From positions 1-64,000 of the IMG/VR virus record IMGVR_UViG_3300006752_006525: a stretch of 64,000 bases of DNA; one strand, written 5' to 3'. Position numbers and translations under genes: made by a program. Source of the stretch: a virus. A model generated the notes under the pieces. It ran no database searches. It saw only the letters and a list, made by a program, of their open reading frames with translations, and was not told the origin of the DNA. Positions within the stretch are counted from its first letter, which is position 1. Every line of letters begins with the position of its first letter. Positions 30,475-40,173 of this stretch are shown here, piece after piece.

Positions 30475-30941
30475 GATTTATAAAAGCACTCCCAATCATG
30501 ATAGTAATACTAGGAGCAGGTTATGCCGCTCATAGTTTTATTGTGAACGAAAAAGAAAATCGTATCAATCAATTACAATCACAAGTTGATTATCTCAACA
30601 CTGAAAATGTTGCACTGCAAACAGCGGCCGCAACTAACGAAGCAACCATTAGAAGCCTAGAAGCAAATGCAAAACAACAAGCAGAAGCAATGATGGGTTT
30701 ACAAAATAGAAACAATGAGTTGAATGCAGAGCGTGATAGTTATATGAGAATATTTGCTGACCATGATCTAACAAAATTAGCAAGAGCAAAACCAGGCAGT
30801 ATAGAATTAAAAGCAAATAGAGCAACAGCAGATGTATTTAGATCTGTTGAAGCAGACAGCAGAGAATTAGATAAAGCCGATGGCGAAGAAGCATTCGATG
30901 ATTTTACACTGAAGACAGAGACACAAGATGACAAAAAGTAA
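30468..30941 (+). CDS. i-spanin (Rz)-like protein
   Basis: N-terminal TM plus long coiled coil, followed by an overlapping lipoprotein gene. Confidence 0.55.
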   Translation: MLGFIKALPIMIVILGAGYAAHSFIVNEKENRINQLQSQVDYLNTENVALQTAAATNEATIRSLEANAKQQAEAMMGLQNRNNELNAERDSYMRIFADHDLTKLARAKPGSIELKANRATADVFRSVEADSRELDKADGEEAFDDFTLKTETQDDKK

Positions 30942-31683
30942 AGCAATAAAAAGTATATTTGATTTTGCAGTTATAGGAGGATTAGTATTATTCCTAGCCT
31001 CTTGTAGTAGTATGCAAAGTGTACCATATCAGCAACCTAGTCAAGTTAAAGTATTCACAGAAGAAGTCAAGTTAGACATTTATCAACCACCTCTACCACA
31101 GGAAATATCTATGAGAGATATACAGTGGTATGTGATGACTAACACACCATGCAAACCTGCAACAGGCGAGAACAAGAATCCAAAGTATTACACCACTGAG
31201 AAGTATATGAGTGAGAAGTATACCAAGGAAGATGGTACAACAAGTACTCGTGCTGTCAGAGACGAAGCAGGTAAACGTATACTCAGAGAGCAACTCAAAG
31301 ACGAAAACGGTGAAGTCATAATGGTGTGTGGCAACATGGATCAAAAGATAGCAGAGTTGGAAAAAAAGATTGGCGGTGAGTTTGTAATGATGGGTATCAG
31401 TGTCAAAGGCTATGAGAACATGGCTTACAACTTACAAGAGATCAAACGTTATCTCAATCAACAAAAAGAAATTATTTTATATTACCGTGAAGCAACCGGT
31501 GGATTTGATAATGACAGCAAAGAAGATTGGTTAGAAAAGAACGAAACTAACCAAGCGGACCAAGTAGAAGATGCAAAACGTGATAACGAGCAACAAGCAT
31601 CTGAACTTGCACAACCTGAAGAAGAGAAATCAAGTTTTTCAATCGGAAACTTGATACCAGGATTACCAAAAACCAAAGACTAA
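30928..31683 (+). CDS. o-spanin (Rz1)-like lipoprotein
   Basis: Lipobox LASC; Pro-rich segment; overlaps the Rz-like gene. Confidence 0.5.
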   Translation: MTKSKAIKSIFDFAVIGGLVLFLASCSSMQSVPYQQPSQVKVFTEEVKLDIYQPPLPQEISMRDIQWYVMTNTPCKPATGENKNPKYYTTEKYMSEKYTKEDGTTSTRAVRDEAGKRILREQLKDENGEVIMVCGNMDQKIAELEKKIGGEFVMMGISVKGYENMAYNLQEIKRYLNQQKEIILYYREATGGFDNDSKEDWLEKNETNQADQVEDAKRDNEQQASELAQPEEEKSSFSIGNLIPGLPKTKD

Positions 31684-31686
31684 ATT

Positions 31687-31908
31687 ATGCTTACACAAGA
31701 AGAATTTTTACGTCTGCTCAGGACAGAGCATGACTTTGATTTACAGATGGAAGATCGTTTTGATGAGATTCCTAACTTTGATAGTCTAAGTATTGTTGAA
31801 GTTATAATGACTTTAGAAACAGAATACGATATAGATATCGAAGACGACCTAATAGATGGTTTGGAAACAGTCAAAGAACTATTTGATTTAGTTAATGATT
31901 TAAGTTGA
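31687..31908 (+). CDS. acpP: Acyl carrier protein-like
   Basis: 73 aa, acidic; FDSLSIVEVIMTLETEYDIDI...TVKE phosphopantetheine-site motif. Confidence 0.8.
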   Translation: MLTQEEFLRLLRTEHDFDLQMEDRFDEIPNFDSLSIVEVIMTLETEYDIDIEDDLIDGLETVKELFDLVNDLS

Positions 31909-31939
31909 CATTACAGCATAATAATGCTATAATTTGACA

Positions 31940-32722
31940 ATGAATTATTACGACCTGTTAGGTGTAAATCACACTACCACACCCGGAGAGATCAAGAAAG
32001 CATATCGCAAACTTGCATCTAAGCATCACCCTGACAAGGGAGGTGACCCAGAACAGTTCAAACAAATTCAAGAAGCATACGAAACACTAAGTGACCCTGA
32101 TAAAAAATATGCTTACGACAATCCTGATCCATTCAGTAGGGGCAGTCCATTTGAACAGGGCAGTCCATTTGCAGACATATTTGGTGACGTGTTTGGGCGT
32201 AGAGCACAACCTTCACGTAATCCAGATACTGTAACACAATTACGTATTGATCTAGCAACAGCATACAACGGAAGAAGTATAATGGTTGACTTAGGTTATA
32301 TGAGAGAGTACATTGATATACCTGCTGGTATAAGAGATGGTTCTAGAATACGTTTAGCAGGCAAAGGACAAATAAGATATCAAGGATTACCGCCAGGTGA
32401 TTTACAAATCAAAGTATTTGTTGATATGCCATATGGAATGGCACGTGACAATGATGATTTGTATCAACGTGTAAGTATACCGTCAATAGATGCTATTACT
32501 GGCACTGAAATATTAGTAGAGAATGCAGTTGGTGGAGGATTAAAAGTTTCTATACCTGCTGGAACACAACCTGGTGCTAAACTAAAGTTATCAAATCAGG
32601 GTATGCCTAATCCTAGTACAGGAAGTTTAGGAAATATGATTGTGGTTGTAGAAGTTTCTACACCAAGAGTTACCAATCCTGAACACCTAGAGTGGTTAAA
32701 TAAAATTAAGAATGATTTATAA
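31940..32722 (+). CDS. dnaJ: DnaJ/CbpA co-chaperone
   Basis: [19 protein letters not shown]; C-terminal domain, no Zn finger. Confidence 0.9.
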   Translation: MNYYDLLGVNHTTTPGEIKKAYRKLASKHHPDKGGDPEQFKQIQEAYETLSDPDKKYAYDNPDPFSRGSPFEQGSPFADIFGDVFGRRAQPSRNPDTVTQLRIDLATAYNGRSIMVDLGYMREYIDIPAGIRDGSRIRLAGKGQIRYQGLPPGDLQIKVFVDMPYGMARDNDDLYQRVSIPSIDAITGTEILVENAVGGGLKVSIPAGTQPGAKLKLSNQGMPNPSTGSLGNMIVVVEVSTPRVTNPEHLEWLNKIKNDL

Positions 32723-32855
32723 GTGTTTCGAATGTGGCGTAACAGTAATGCTAGGCCTAATAAAATATCATACAGCAGATAAGACAAAAGTTTTCTGTGG
32801 TGCTGAATGTAGTGTAAAGTATCACGCAAAGCAAAGGAGCGATAAAAACAAATGA
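32712..32855 (+). CDS. Small Zn-finger protein (47 aa)
   Basis: CFEC...FCGAEC; coupled to dnaJ and clpA. Confidence 0.5.
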   Translation: MIYKCFECGVTVMLGLIKYHTADKTKVFCGAECSVKYHAKQRSDKNK

Positions 32856-35047
32856 GTAAAAGTCCTACAGTAGAATTAATCATGCGTGATGCAATGAATA
32901 ATGCATCTAAGCAGAAGCACGAATATGTATGCTTAGAACATATCATGTATGTACTACTTGAAAATGATGACGTTATAGAAGTATGTGAGAAGAGTGATAT
33001 CGACAGAGATCAAATCCTCACAGATCTTTCTAACTATCTAAATGATCCAGATTCAAATGGATTACAAAATCCAAACGGCTCCAAAGGTGGACCTAAGAAA
33101 ACACAGGCTGTTGAAAGAGTATTACAACGAGGACTAGCCAATGTGTTGTTTAACAACAGAGAATATTTTGTCCCAATGGATTTGTTATTGAGCATATTAT
33201 CTGAGGATAATTGCATGGCAAGATATCTATGTGAGATCAATGGCTTGACAAATGAAGTTGTTAAGCATCATTTACGAACCTCACGTAACAATGAAGAAAG
33301 CAAAGAGTTGTTGGAAGAGTTTACAACTAACCTCAATGAAGAAGCCAAGAGCAGTAAGATTGATCCACTGATTGGTAGACATGAAGAAGTCAGCGACCTA
33401 GTACACATTCTTGCAAGACGTAAGAAAAATAATTGTGTAATGGTTGGTGAGCCTGGTACAGGTAAGACTGCTATTGCAGAAGGACTTGCTAAGAAGATTG
33501 TTGATGGAGAAGTACCTAAAACTCTCAAGAACAAAGTGGTATACAGTTTAGACTTGGGTGCTATGTTAGCAGGTACTAGATACAGAGGTGACTTTGAAGA
33601 ACGTATTAAAGGAGTACTTAATGTACTAGAAGCAGACCCAAATGCCATATTGTTTATTGATGAGATACACATGATTATGGGAGCAGGTGCAGGTGGACAA
33701 GGTAATGTCGATGCCGCTAATTTGCTAAAGCCTGTGTTAGGCAGAGGCACAATGCTTACAATAGGTGCTACAACACCAGACGAGTTTGCAGATACTTTTG
33801 AGAAGGATAGAGCATTACTTAGACGTTTTGCAAGACTAGACATTGAAGAAACTTCTGTAGAGGACACAAAACTAATTGTACTTGGATTGAAAAAGTATTA
33901 CGAAGACTTCCATTGTGTTACATACAACAACGAATTATTAGAACGCAGTGTTGATTTAGTTGACAGGTATCACAAAACAAAACACTTCCCAGACAAAGCA
34001 ATTGATGTTATCGATGCCGCTGGAGCCGCTGTTAAGTTGCGTGATGAAACACTAGTACAGATGTCAGACTTTGTGAAAGTAATTGCTAAAGTAAGTAAAA
34101 TTGGTGAAGATGTTATTGACACTGAAAGCACAAATGCATACAAAGATTTAGATGACAGAATTAAAAATACTGTTTATGGACAAAACGAGGCTGTAGATAA
34201 AATTGTAGAAGCCATTCTTGTAAGTAAATCAGGATTGAGAGAACCTCACAAACCAATTGGCAGTTTCTTGTTTGTAGGTCCAACTGGCACAGGTAAAACA
34301 GAAACAGCAAGAGCACTGGCAAAAGAGTTACAGGCAAAACTGGTCAAGTTTGATATGAGTGAATATCAAGAGAGACACAGTGTTGCTAAATTGATTGGTG
34401 CTCCTCCTGGATATGTTGGACATGCTGAAGGTAAGATGGGACAAGGACAACTTATTGCCGCAGTAGAAGATTCACCTAATTGTGTGTTGCTGTTAGACGA
34501 AGTAGAAAAAGCCGCACCACAGGTATTGCAAGTATTGTTACAAGTAATGGACGATGGTAAACTTACTGGCAGTATGGGCAAAGAAGTAGACTTCAGTAAT
34601 GTAGTATTATTAATGACTTCTAACTTAGGTGCCGCAGAAGCAGAATCTAAAAAGATTGGGTTTGGTGATCAAACAAAAACAAAAGCAGTTGACAAGGCTG
34701 TAGAAAAATTCTTTACACCAGAGTTTAGAAACAGATTGGATTCTGTTGTTAAATTTAACAAACTAGAACCTGAGCAAATGTTACTGATCGTAGATAGATT
34801 GCTCAAAGAGACAAACGAACTACTACAAACAAACAATTCAACTGTGAGTATTTCGTTAACTGAAAGTGCTAGACAACAATTATCTTTAGATGGTTATGAA
34901 CCAAGCATGGGTGCAAGACCGTTGAAGAGAATATTTGAAGAGAAAATTAAAAAGCCTTTAAGTAAAAAGATATTGTTCGAAGACTTGGAAAATATTACTA
35001 TCACAGTTGATTGGAATGAAAGTGAAACCTACTATTTCAACACATGA
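32852..35047 (+). CDS. clpA: ClpA-type AAA+ chaperone
   Basis: Clp N-domain, two Walker A motifs (GEPGTGKT, GPTGTGKT), IGF ClpP-docking loop, no ClpB middle domain. Confidence 0.92.
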   Translation: MSKSPTVELIMRDAMNNASKQKHEYVCLEHIMYVLLENDDVIEVCEKSDIDRDQILTDLSNYLNDPDSNGLQNPNGSKGGPKKTQAVERVLQRGLANVLFNNREYFVPMDLLLSILSEDNCMARYLCEINGLTNEVVKHHLRTSRNNEESKELLEEFTTNLNEEAKSSKIDPLIGRHEEVSDLVHILARRKKNNCVMVGEPGTGKTAIAEGLAKKIVDGEVPKTLKNKVVYSLDLGAMLAGTRYRGDFEERIKGVLNVLEADPNAILFIDEIHMIMGAGAGGQGNVDAANLLKPVLGRGTMLTIGATTPDEFADTFEKDRALLRRFARLDIEETSVEDTKLIVLGLKKYYEDFHCVTYNNELLERSVDLVDRYHKTKHFPDKAIDVIDAAGAAVKLRDETLVQMSDFVKVIAKVSKIGEDVIDTESTNAYKDLDDRIKNTVYGQNEAVDKIVEAILVSKSGLREPHKPIGSFLFVGPTGTGKTETARALAKELQAKLVKFDMSEYQERHSVAKLIGAPPGYVGHAEGKMGQGQLIAAVEDSPNCVLLLDEVEKAAPQVLQVLLQVMDDGKLTGSMGKEVDFSNVVLLMTSNLGAAEAESKKIGFGDQTKTKAVDKAVEKFFTPEFRNRLDSVVKFNKLEPEQMLLIVDRLLKETNELLQTNNSTVSISLTESARQQLSLDGYEPSMGARPLKRIFEEKIKKPLSKKILFEDLENITITVDWNESETYYFNT

Positions 35048-35681
35048 CATTAAACTGCTTGATGAGAAAAAATACAAAAAGTTTTTATTAGTCCCAAGTT
35101 CTAGAGTTTATTACGGCAGTAAACCTTATAAAGTATCTATAAACGTACTGAAAGACTCAGACGAACTAATAGGTAACAGTCGACGATATCACTGGTGGGC
35201 ATGGCAGGATTTGATCAAAGTCATGTGTCTGAATCATGATATCACTGTGAGAACACAGGGCAGATTTCCAAACATGTATCTATTCTTTTCTCATAGAGAA
35301 GGCGTAGATCTCTGTATCAAAAACTATTCTACTAGAATAAATTTTATAGAAGGGCCATTAAGTGATGATCACTTAGAAAAAATATCTGGCCGTAATGATA
35401 TAATTGTTAGAAGAAATCTGTTCTACAATCAATATCCAATGAAAGTGAATTGCTGGATGCCCTGGGGTTACGGTAATTATTACAATAGACAAAACGCAGT
35501 CAATGAAGTCAGAGAGTATGTGAAAGACAATATAGGTTCTGGTAGATTATCAAGTTCCAGATGGAAAGCATCGTTTTTTGCTTCTCCAGATGAGATAAGC
35601 GATATCATTCCATTTATTAAACTTCAGTGGCCTTCACTGAGAATAGAGTACACAGAAATCTATTATCCTGACTCTTTGTGA
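35016..35681 (+). CDS. Hypothetical protein
   Basis: ORF overlapping the clpA end. Confidence 0.55.
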   Translation: MKVKPTISTHDIKLLDEKKYKKFLLVPSSRVYYGSKPYKVSINVLKDSDELIGNSRRYHWWAWQDLIKVMCLNHDITVRTQGRFPNMYLFFSHREGVDLCIKNYSTRINFIEGPLSDDHLEKISGRNDIIVRRNLFYNQYPMKVNCWMPWGYGNYYNRQNAVNEVREYVKDNIGSGRLSSSRWKASFFASPDEISDIIPFIKLQWPSLRIEYTEIYYPDSL

Positions 35682-35706
35682 TAAATAGTTACACAAGGAG
35701 ACACAG

Positions 35707-35871
35707 ATGGCAAAAATAGTAAGTGAAGCAGTTGTAATTGAAATTAGCAGAATTGCTAAGGAAGATGAGCATTTAGAAACTGCTATCAATGAAGAGATTA
35801 CTGCTACCATTGAGCAAGTTGTACAACAACTTGTAGGTGATAGTGCAGTAGTAGAAGTTAAAAACGGATAA
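35707..35871 (+). CDS. Small late protein (54 aa)
   Basis: GATAAATA at 35680 and AAGGAGA RBS; MAKIVSEAVVIEISR... Confidence 0.65.
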   Translation: MAKIVSEAVVIEISRIAKEDEHLETAINEEITATIEQVVQQLVGDSAVVEVKNG

Positions 35872-35874
35872 GAT

Positions 35875-36288
35875 ATGCCTATTAATAGACGAAGTATTAT
35901 ACTAATGAGTGCCAGTGGCACAGAGATGAATCAGTATTCAGACACTGTGAAAGGTGATAGTTACTATGGCTACACTGACGGATACCACACAATTCAAGTA
36001 ACATACGATCAATTTATAGGTAGATTGCGAGTACAAGCAACTCTAATGCTAGAGCCAACTGACGACGATTGGTTTGATTTAGTACCTTCCGAGTCAACAG
36101 GCACTACATTTAATCCATTAGGTTACATTCAATACAACGCAAATGACCCAGCAAGTAAGTCAGAAGCATACTCCTTCAAAGGAAATTACGCCTATATACG
36201 TATCTACATGGACAGAGAGCATGTAGGTGACGGCGAAACCTACGATACCTCATACGGACAAGTTAGTCGAATAGTCTTATCTAGTTAA
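35875..36288 (+). CDS. Late/virion protein
   Basis: 137 aa, beta-rich, in a late operon. Confidence 0.6.
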   Translation: MPINRRSIILMSASGTEMNQYSDTVKGDSYYGYTDGYHTIQVTYDQFIGRLRVQATLMLEPTDDDWFDLVPSESTGTTFNPLGYIQYNANDPASKSEAYSFKGNYAYIRIYMDREHVGDGETYDTSYGQVSRIVLSS

Positions 36289-36333
36289 AGTGATAAATAG
36301 TTGTAATATCACTTAAACTGAGATAGGACATAT

Positions 36334-39300
36334 ATGGCGGCTAATACATTTGTAGAATTAAACGATACCCCTTCTAATTACACTGGTTCAGGTAATAAGT
36401 TCCTTGTGGTTAAAGGCGACGAGTCGGCTCTTAACTTTACAAACATATCATTAGAAAAAGTCAGCGATGTAAATGTTACAGGTGCATACGTTCCTGTTGG
36501 TGGCCAAGTATTACAATATAGTTCAGCCGCTAATGAATGGCGAGCAATGGACAATGATCCTTACAGTTTTGGTGCAGGTTTATTAAAGTCAGGCGGTACC
36601 ATCGATGTTATTGCAAGTGGTGGTCTAGTTTCAAATGCGTCTGGTGTATATATCCAGGACATAGCAAATGTTGCAGGAACATACGGCAACTCATCAGCAG
36701 TCCCTCAGTTTACAGTTAATACCAAAGGTCAAATCACAGCAGTAGATTTAGTTGACATTGGTGTTCCTAGTGCAGACGAACTTACAGCAGATTATGTAGG
36801 CAACGTTGCAGGCACATCAGGGCAAATTCGTGTAACAGGTGGCACAGGTAATAATTCAAATGCCACAATAGACTTAGTAGCAACAGGTGTAACAGCCGCA
36901 GTATATGGTAATGCTACACATGCTCCTCAAATAACAGTTGACACTTACGGTAGAATATCAAATGTAACAGAGATTGAATTATCAGCAGGTGACGGAAATA
37001 GTGTTGCAGGGCTAGGGTACAGCAGTATTGCAGTATCTGGACAGACAACTATTGCCGCAGACAAAGTTGAAGATGACTTAACTTTTGTTGCTGGTGATGG
37101 CATGTTGATTTCAACTGATGCTTCAAATGATTCAATTACATTTAGTATCACAGGAAGTGTAGTAGCAGATGATATTGCACTTGGTCAAATATCAGATGTA
37201 AGTATTGGCAGTATCAGTGACGGACAAGTTATTAAATGGGATAGTGCAAACAATCAATTTGTACCTCATACATTAGTTGACAACGGTATACTATTAACAG
37301 ATTTAAGTGGCACCAATGGTGTTAGTTACGATAACACATCAGGTGAGATATCTTTAGCAACCTCTGGTGCAGTAGCAGGAACATACGGCAATTTATCAAA
37401 TGTTGCTCAAGTCACAGTAAATGATAAAGGTATTGTAACAAATATAACAAACGTAAGTTTGTCCACAGGTGTTACTGCAGGTACATATGGTAATGCAACA
37501 TTAACACCTTCATTTACTATTGATGCATCAGGACGTATCACTGACATTGAAGAAGTAAGCAGTGCCAGTTATATTCAAAGTTTAAGTTGGAATACAGCCA
37601 ACGATGAATTAAGTTTAAGTGGCGGTGGCAACACAGTTGATTTATCAACATTAAGAAATCCAAGTTTCAGAGGTGTAACAGGACCAGGACAACCTTTAAT
37701 ACTCGCAGAGAATGTAGAAGACACACTTAATTTTGAGGGTGGCACTGGTATCAGTGTTACAATTAATAGTGTAACTGACACAGTAACAATCAGTGCAACA
37801 GGCGATGCGGCTGAAGCAGATTTAAGTAACAGCAGTATTTCAGGATTGAGTGATGTGGGTGCAATAGGTGCAATCACAGACGGACAGGCTCTTGTATGGA
37901 ATGCAAGTTCAGGTGAGTTCCAGCCAGGCACAGTTGCAGGCAGTTATGGTAATGCCACAGTACAAGCATATTTAGATGCTCAAGGTTACAGCACTACTGA
38001 TAACGACAGTCAAACATTAAGTTGGAATGCTGGTTCAAACTCATTGAGTATATCAGGTGGTAACAGTGTTGATCTAAGTGTATTATTAGATAACGTAGAT
38101 TCACAGGCAATAAGTTTATCAGGCAATGTAATTAGTATCACAGGCGATGCTTCAACTGTAGACTTAGGTCCATTGCTAGGCAGTGTTGACAGCAATTATG
38201 GTGACAGTAATGTATCAGCATATTTGTCAGCACAAGGATACGCAACACAATCTACAATAGTAGCGGCAATAACTGACAGTGCTCCAAGTACGTTAGATAC
38301 ATTAAATGAATTAGCGGCCGCACTTGGTGACGATCCTAACTTTGCAACCACAACAACAAATGCTATTGCTCTTAAAGCAAACTCAGCAGATTTAGCCACA
38401 GTTGCTACAAGTGGTGATTATACAGATTTAACAAATAGACCTACAATAGCATTAAGCGGTAGTGACTTATCATATGATGGTACTACATTAGACTTATCAG
38501 GTGTAGGCGCAGTAGGACCTCAGGGTAACATAGGACCAACAGGTGCTACTGGTAATGGAATAACAAACGCAACTGTTAGCAGTGGCGATTTAATTCTAAC
38601 ATATTCAAATACTTCAGTTCAAAACTTAGGCGACATTACTGGCCCAACTGGTGCAACAGGTCCACAGGGTATACAAGGTAATACAGGACCTACTGGTGCA
38701 ACAGGACCTCAAGGTGCAACAGGACCAGCGGGTGCAGATGGCAGTGATGGAGCAGACGGCAGTAACGGAACGGACGGTGTAGGTGTAACCAACGTAAATT
38801 TAGTTGGTGGCAACTTGATGTTTACATATTCAAATGTAAGCACACAAGACGTTGGTAATATACAAGGTCCAACAGGTGCTCAAGGACCTGCTGGTAATGA
38901 CGGAGCCGACGGAGCAGATGGTACAAGTATCAGCAGTGGTAGTGTTACAAATGGTGTAATTACTCTCACAATGAGTGATAGCAGTACAATTAATGTATCA
39001 GGTAACGTTGAAGGAGCAGTGGGTGCTACAGGTGCTACTGGACCACAAGGTGTTCAGGGTCCTGCAGGTGCTGACGGAAGTGATGGTGCTACTGGTCCAC
39101 AGGGTGCTGGCTTAAATGATGTAAGTGTTACATCAGCAAGTGCAAGTGGTTCAGGTAGTTTAGCATACAACAGCGGTACTGGTGTATTTACATTTACTCC
39201 ACCAGACCTAAGTTCATACTTAACAAGCGAAACTGATAGTCAAACTTTAACATTAAATAGCACAGCCGGGCAACTGGCAATATCAAGTGGTAACAATGTT

Positions 39301-40161
39301 GATTTAAGACAAACACAGTTCTTATATTCAGCATTAAGTGATTTGCCAAGTGCAAGTTCATATCATGGTGCTATTGCTCATGTACATGCAGAAGGTGCAA
39401 TGTACTTTGCACACGCCGGCAACTGGGTTGAACTAGCCAATGCTAGTGATTTATCAACTAACACAGATGCTCAAACATTAAGTTTATCAGGTAACACTGT
39501 CACAATCAGTGGTAGTGGTAGCTCAGTAGACTTAACGCCTATACTAGGAACAAGCGGCGGCGGAGGCGGCATAGCCTTAACAGATTTATCAGCCACAGAT
39601 GGCGTAGAATATAGCAACGTAACTGGTGTATTTAATCTAACTGACACAGGTGTAAGTGCTGGCACTTACGGTAGCAGTACACTTGTACCACGAATAACAG
39701 TAGATGCCAAGGGTAGAGTCACATCGGTTACCACTCAAGCAGTAAGTGGCGGAGGTGGCGGTGGCGGATCGGGTGCCACTGTAGAAAGATTCAAATTAAA
39801 CTACACATCTGCAGGCGCTCTTGACAGCATCACAGATACCACAGGAGGTATCAGCAGTGTGAGTATTGACAGTGCATCGGGTGGTGATGTCACAGTCGCA
39901 TTCACAGGATATAATTTCCCTCCAGCATCTATTATGATATATGGTTATGTGTATGCAAGTAACAAATATCAAATCGCTCCTCTAGAATCATCTATGGGAT
40001 TGAGAGAAGTTGCAGGCGGTGGTTCAACAGGTGCACCAAGTTTGTTTGGTGGCATGGGTGTTCCAACAACTAAACTCAGATTACGTGAAGCAGAAACAGG
40101 CGCAAGTAGAGGTTTTGGTACAACTACACATGCTTGGGTTCAGTTTGTAATGTATGATTAA
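36334..40161 (+). CDS. Tail fibre protein with collagen-like repeats
   Basis: AGTYGN..TVD.KGR fibre repeats, APSTLDTLNELAAALGDDPNF motif, Gly-X-Y runs; GATAAATA at 36292. Confidence 0.8.
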   Translation: MAANTFVELNDTPSNYTGSGNKFLVVKGDESALNFTNISLEKVSDVNVTGAYVPVGGQVLQYSSAANEWRAMDNDPYSFGAGLLKSGGTIDVIASGGLVSNASGVYIQDIANVAGTYGNSSAVPQFTVNTKGQITAVDLVDIGVPSADELTADYVGNVAGTSGQIRVTGGTGNNSNATIDLVATGVTAAVYGNATHAPQITVDTYGRISNVTEIELSAGDGNSVAGLGYSSIAVSGQTTIAADKVEDDLTFVAGDGMLISTDASNDSITFSITGSVVADDIALGQISDVSIGSISDGQVIKWDSANNQFVPHTLVDNGILLTDLSGTNGVSYDNTSGEISLATSGAVAGTYGNLSNVAQVTVNDKGIVTNITNVSLSTGVTAGTYGNATLTPSFTIDASGRITDIEEVSSASYIQSLSWNTANDELSLSGGGNTVDLSTLRNPSFRGVTGPGQPLILAENVEDTLNFEGGTGISVTINSVTDTVTISATGDAAEADLSNSSISGLSDVGAIGAITDGQALVWNASSGEFQPGTVAGSYGNATVQAYLDAQGYSTTDNDSQTLSWNAGSNSLSISGGNSVDLSVLLDNVDSQAISLSGNVISITGDASTVDLGPLLGSVDSNYGDSNVSAYLSAQGYATQSTIVAAITDSAPSTLDTLNELAAALGDDPNFATTTTNAIALKANSADLATVATSGDYTDLTNRPTIALSGSDLSYDGTTLDLSGVGAVGPQGNIGPTGATGNGITNATVSSGDLILTYSNTSVQNLGDITGPTGATGPQGIQGNTGPTGATGPQGATGPAGADGSDGADGSNGTDGVGVTNVNLVGGNLMFTYSNVSTQDVGNIQGPTGAQGPAGNDGADGADGTSISSGSVTNGVITLTMSDSSTINVSGNVEGAVGATGATGPQGVQGPAGADGSDGATGPQGAGLNDVSVTSASASGSGSLAYNSGTGVFTFTPPDLSSYLTSETDSQTLTLNSTAGQLAISSGNNVDLRQTQFLYSALSDLPSASSYHGAIAHVHAEGAMYFAHAGNWVELANASDLSTNTDAQTLSLSGNTVTISGSGSSVDLTPILGTSGGGGGIALTDLSATDGVEYSNVTGVFNLTDTGVSAGTYGSSTLVPRITVDAKGRVTSVTTQAVSGGGGGGGSGATVERFKLNYTSAGALDSITDTTGGISSVSIDSASGGDVTVAFTGYNFPPASIMIYGYVYASNKYQIAPLESSMGLREVAGGGSTGAPSLFGGMGVPTTKLRLREAETGASRGFGTTTHAWVQFVMYD
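38500..39110 (+). repeat. Collagen-like Gly-X-Y coding repeats
   Basis: GPTGATGPQG.. blocks. Confidence 0.85.
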
Positions 40162-40173
40162 TAGGAGATTTGC

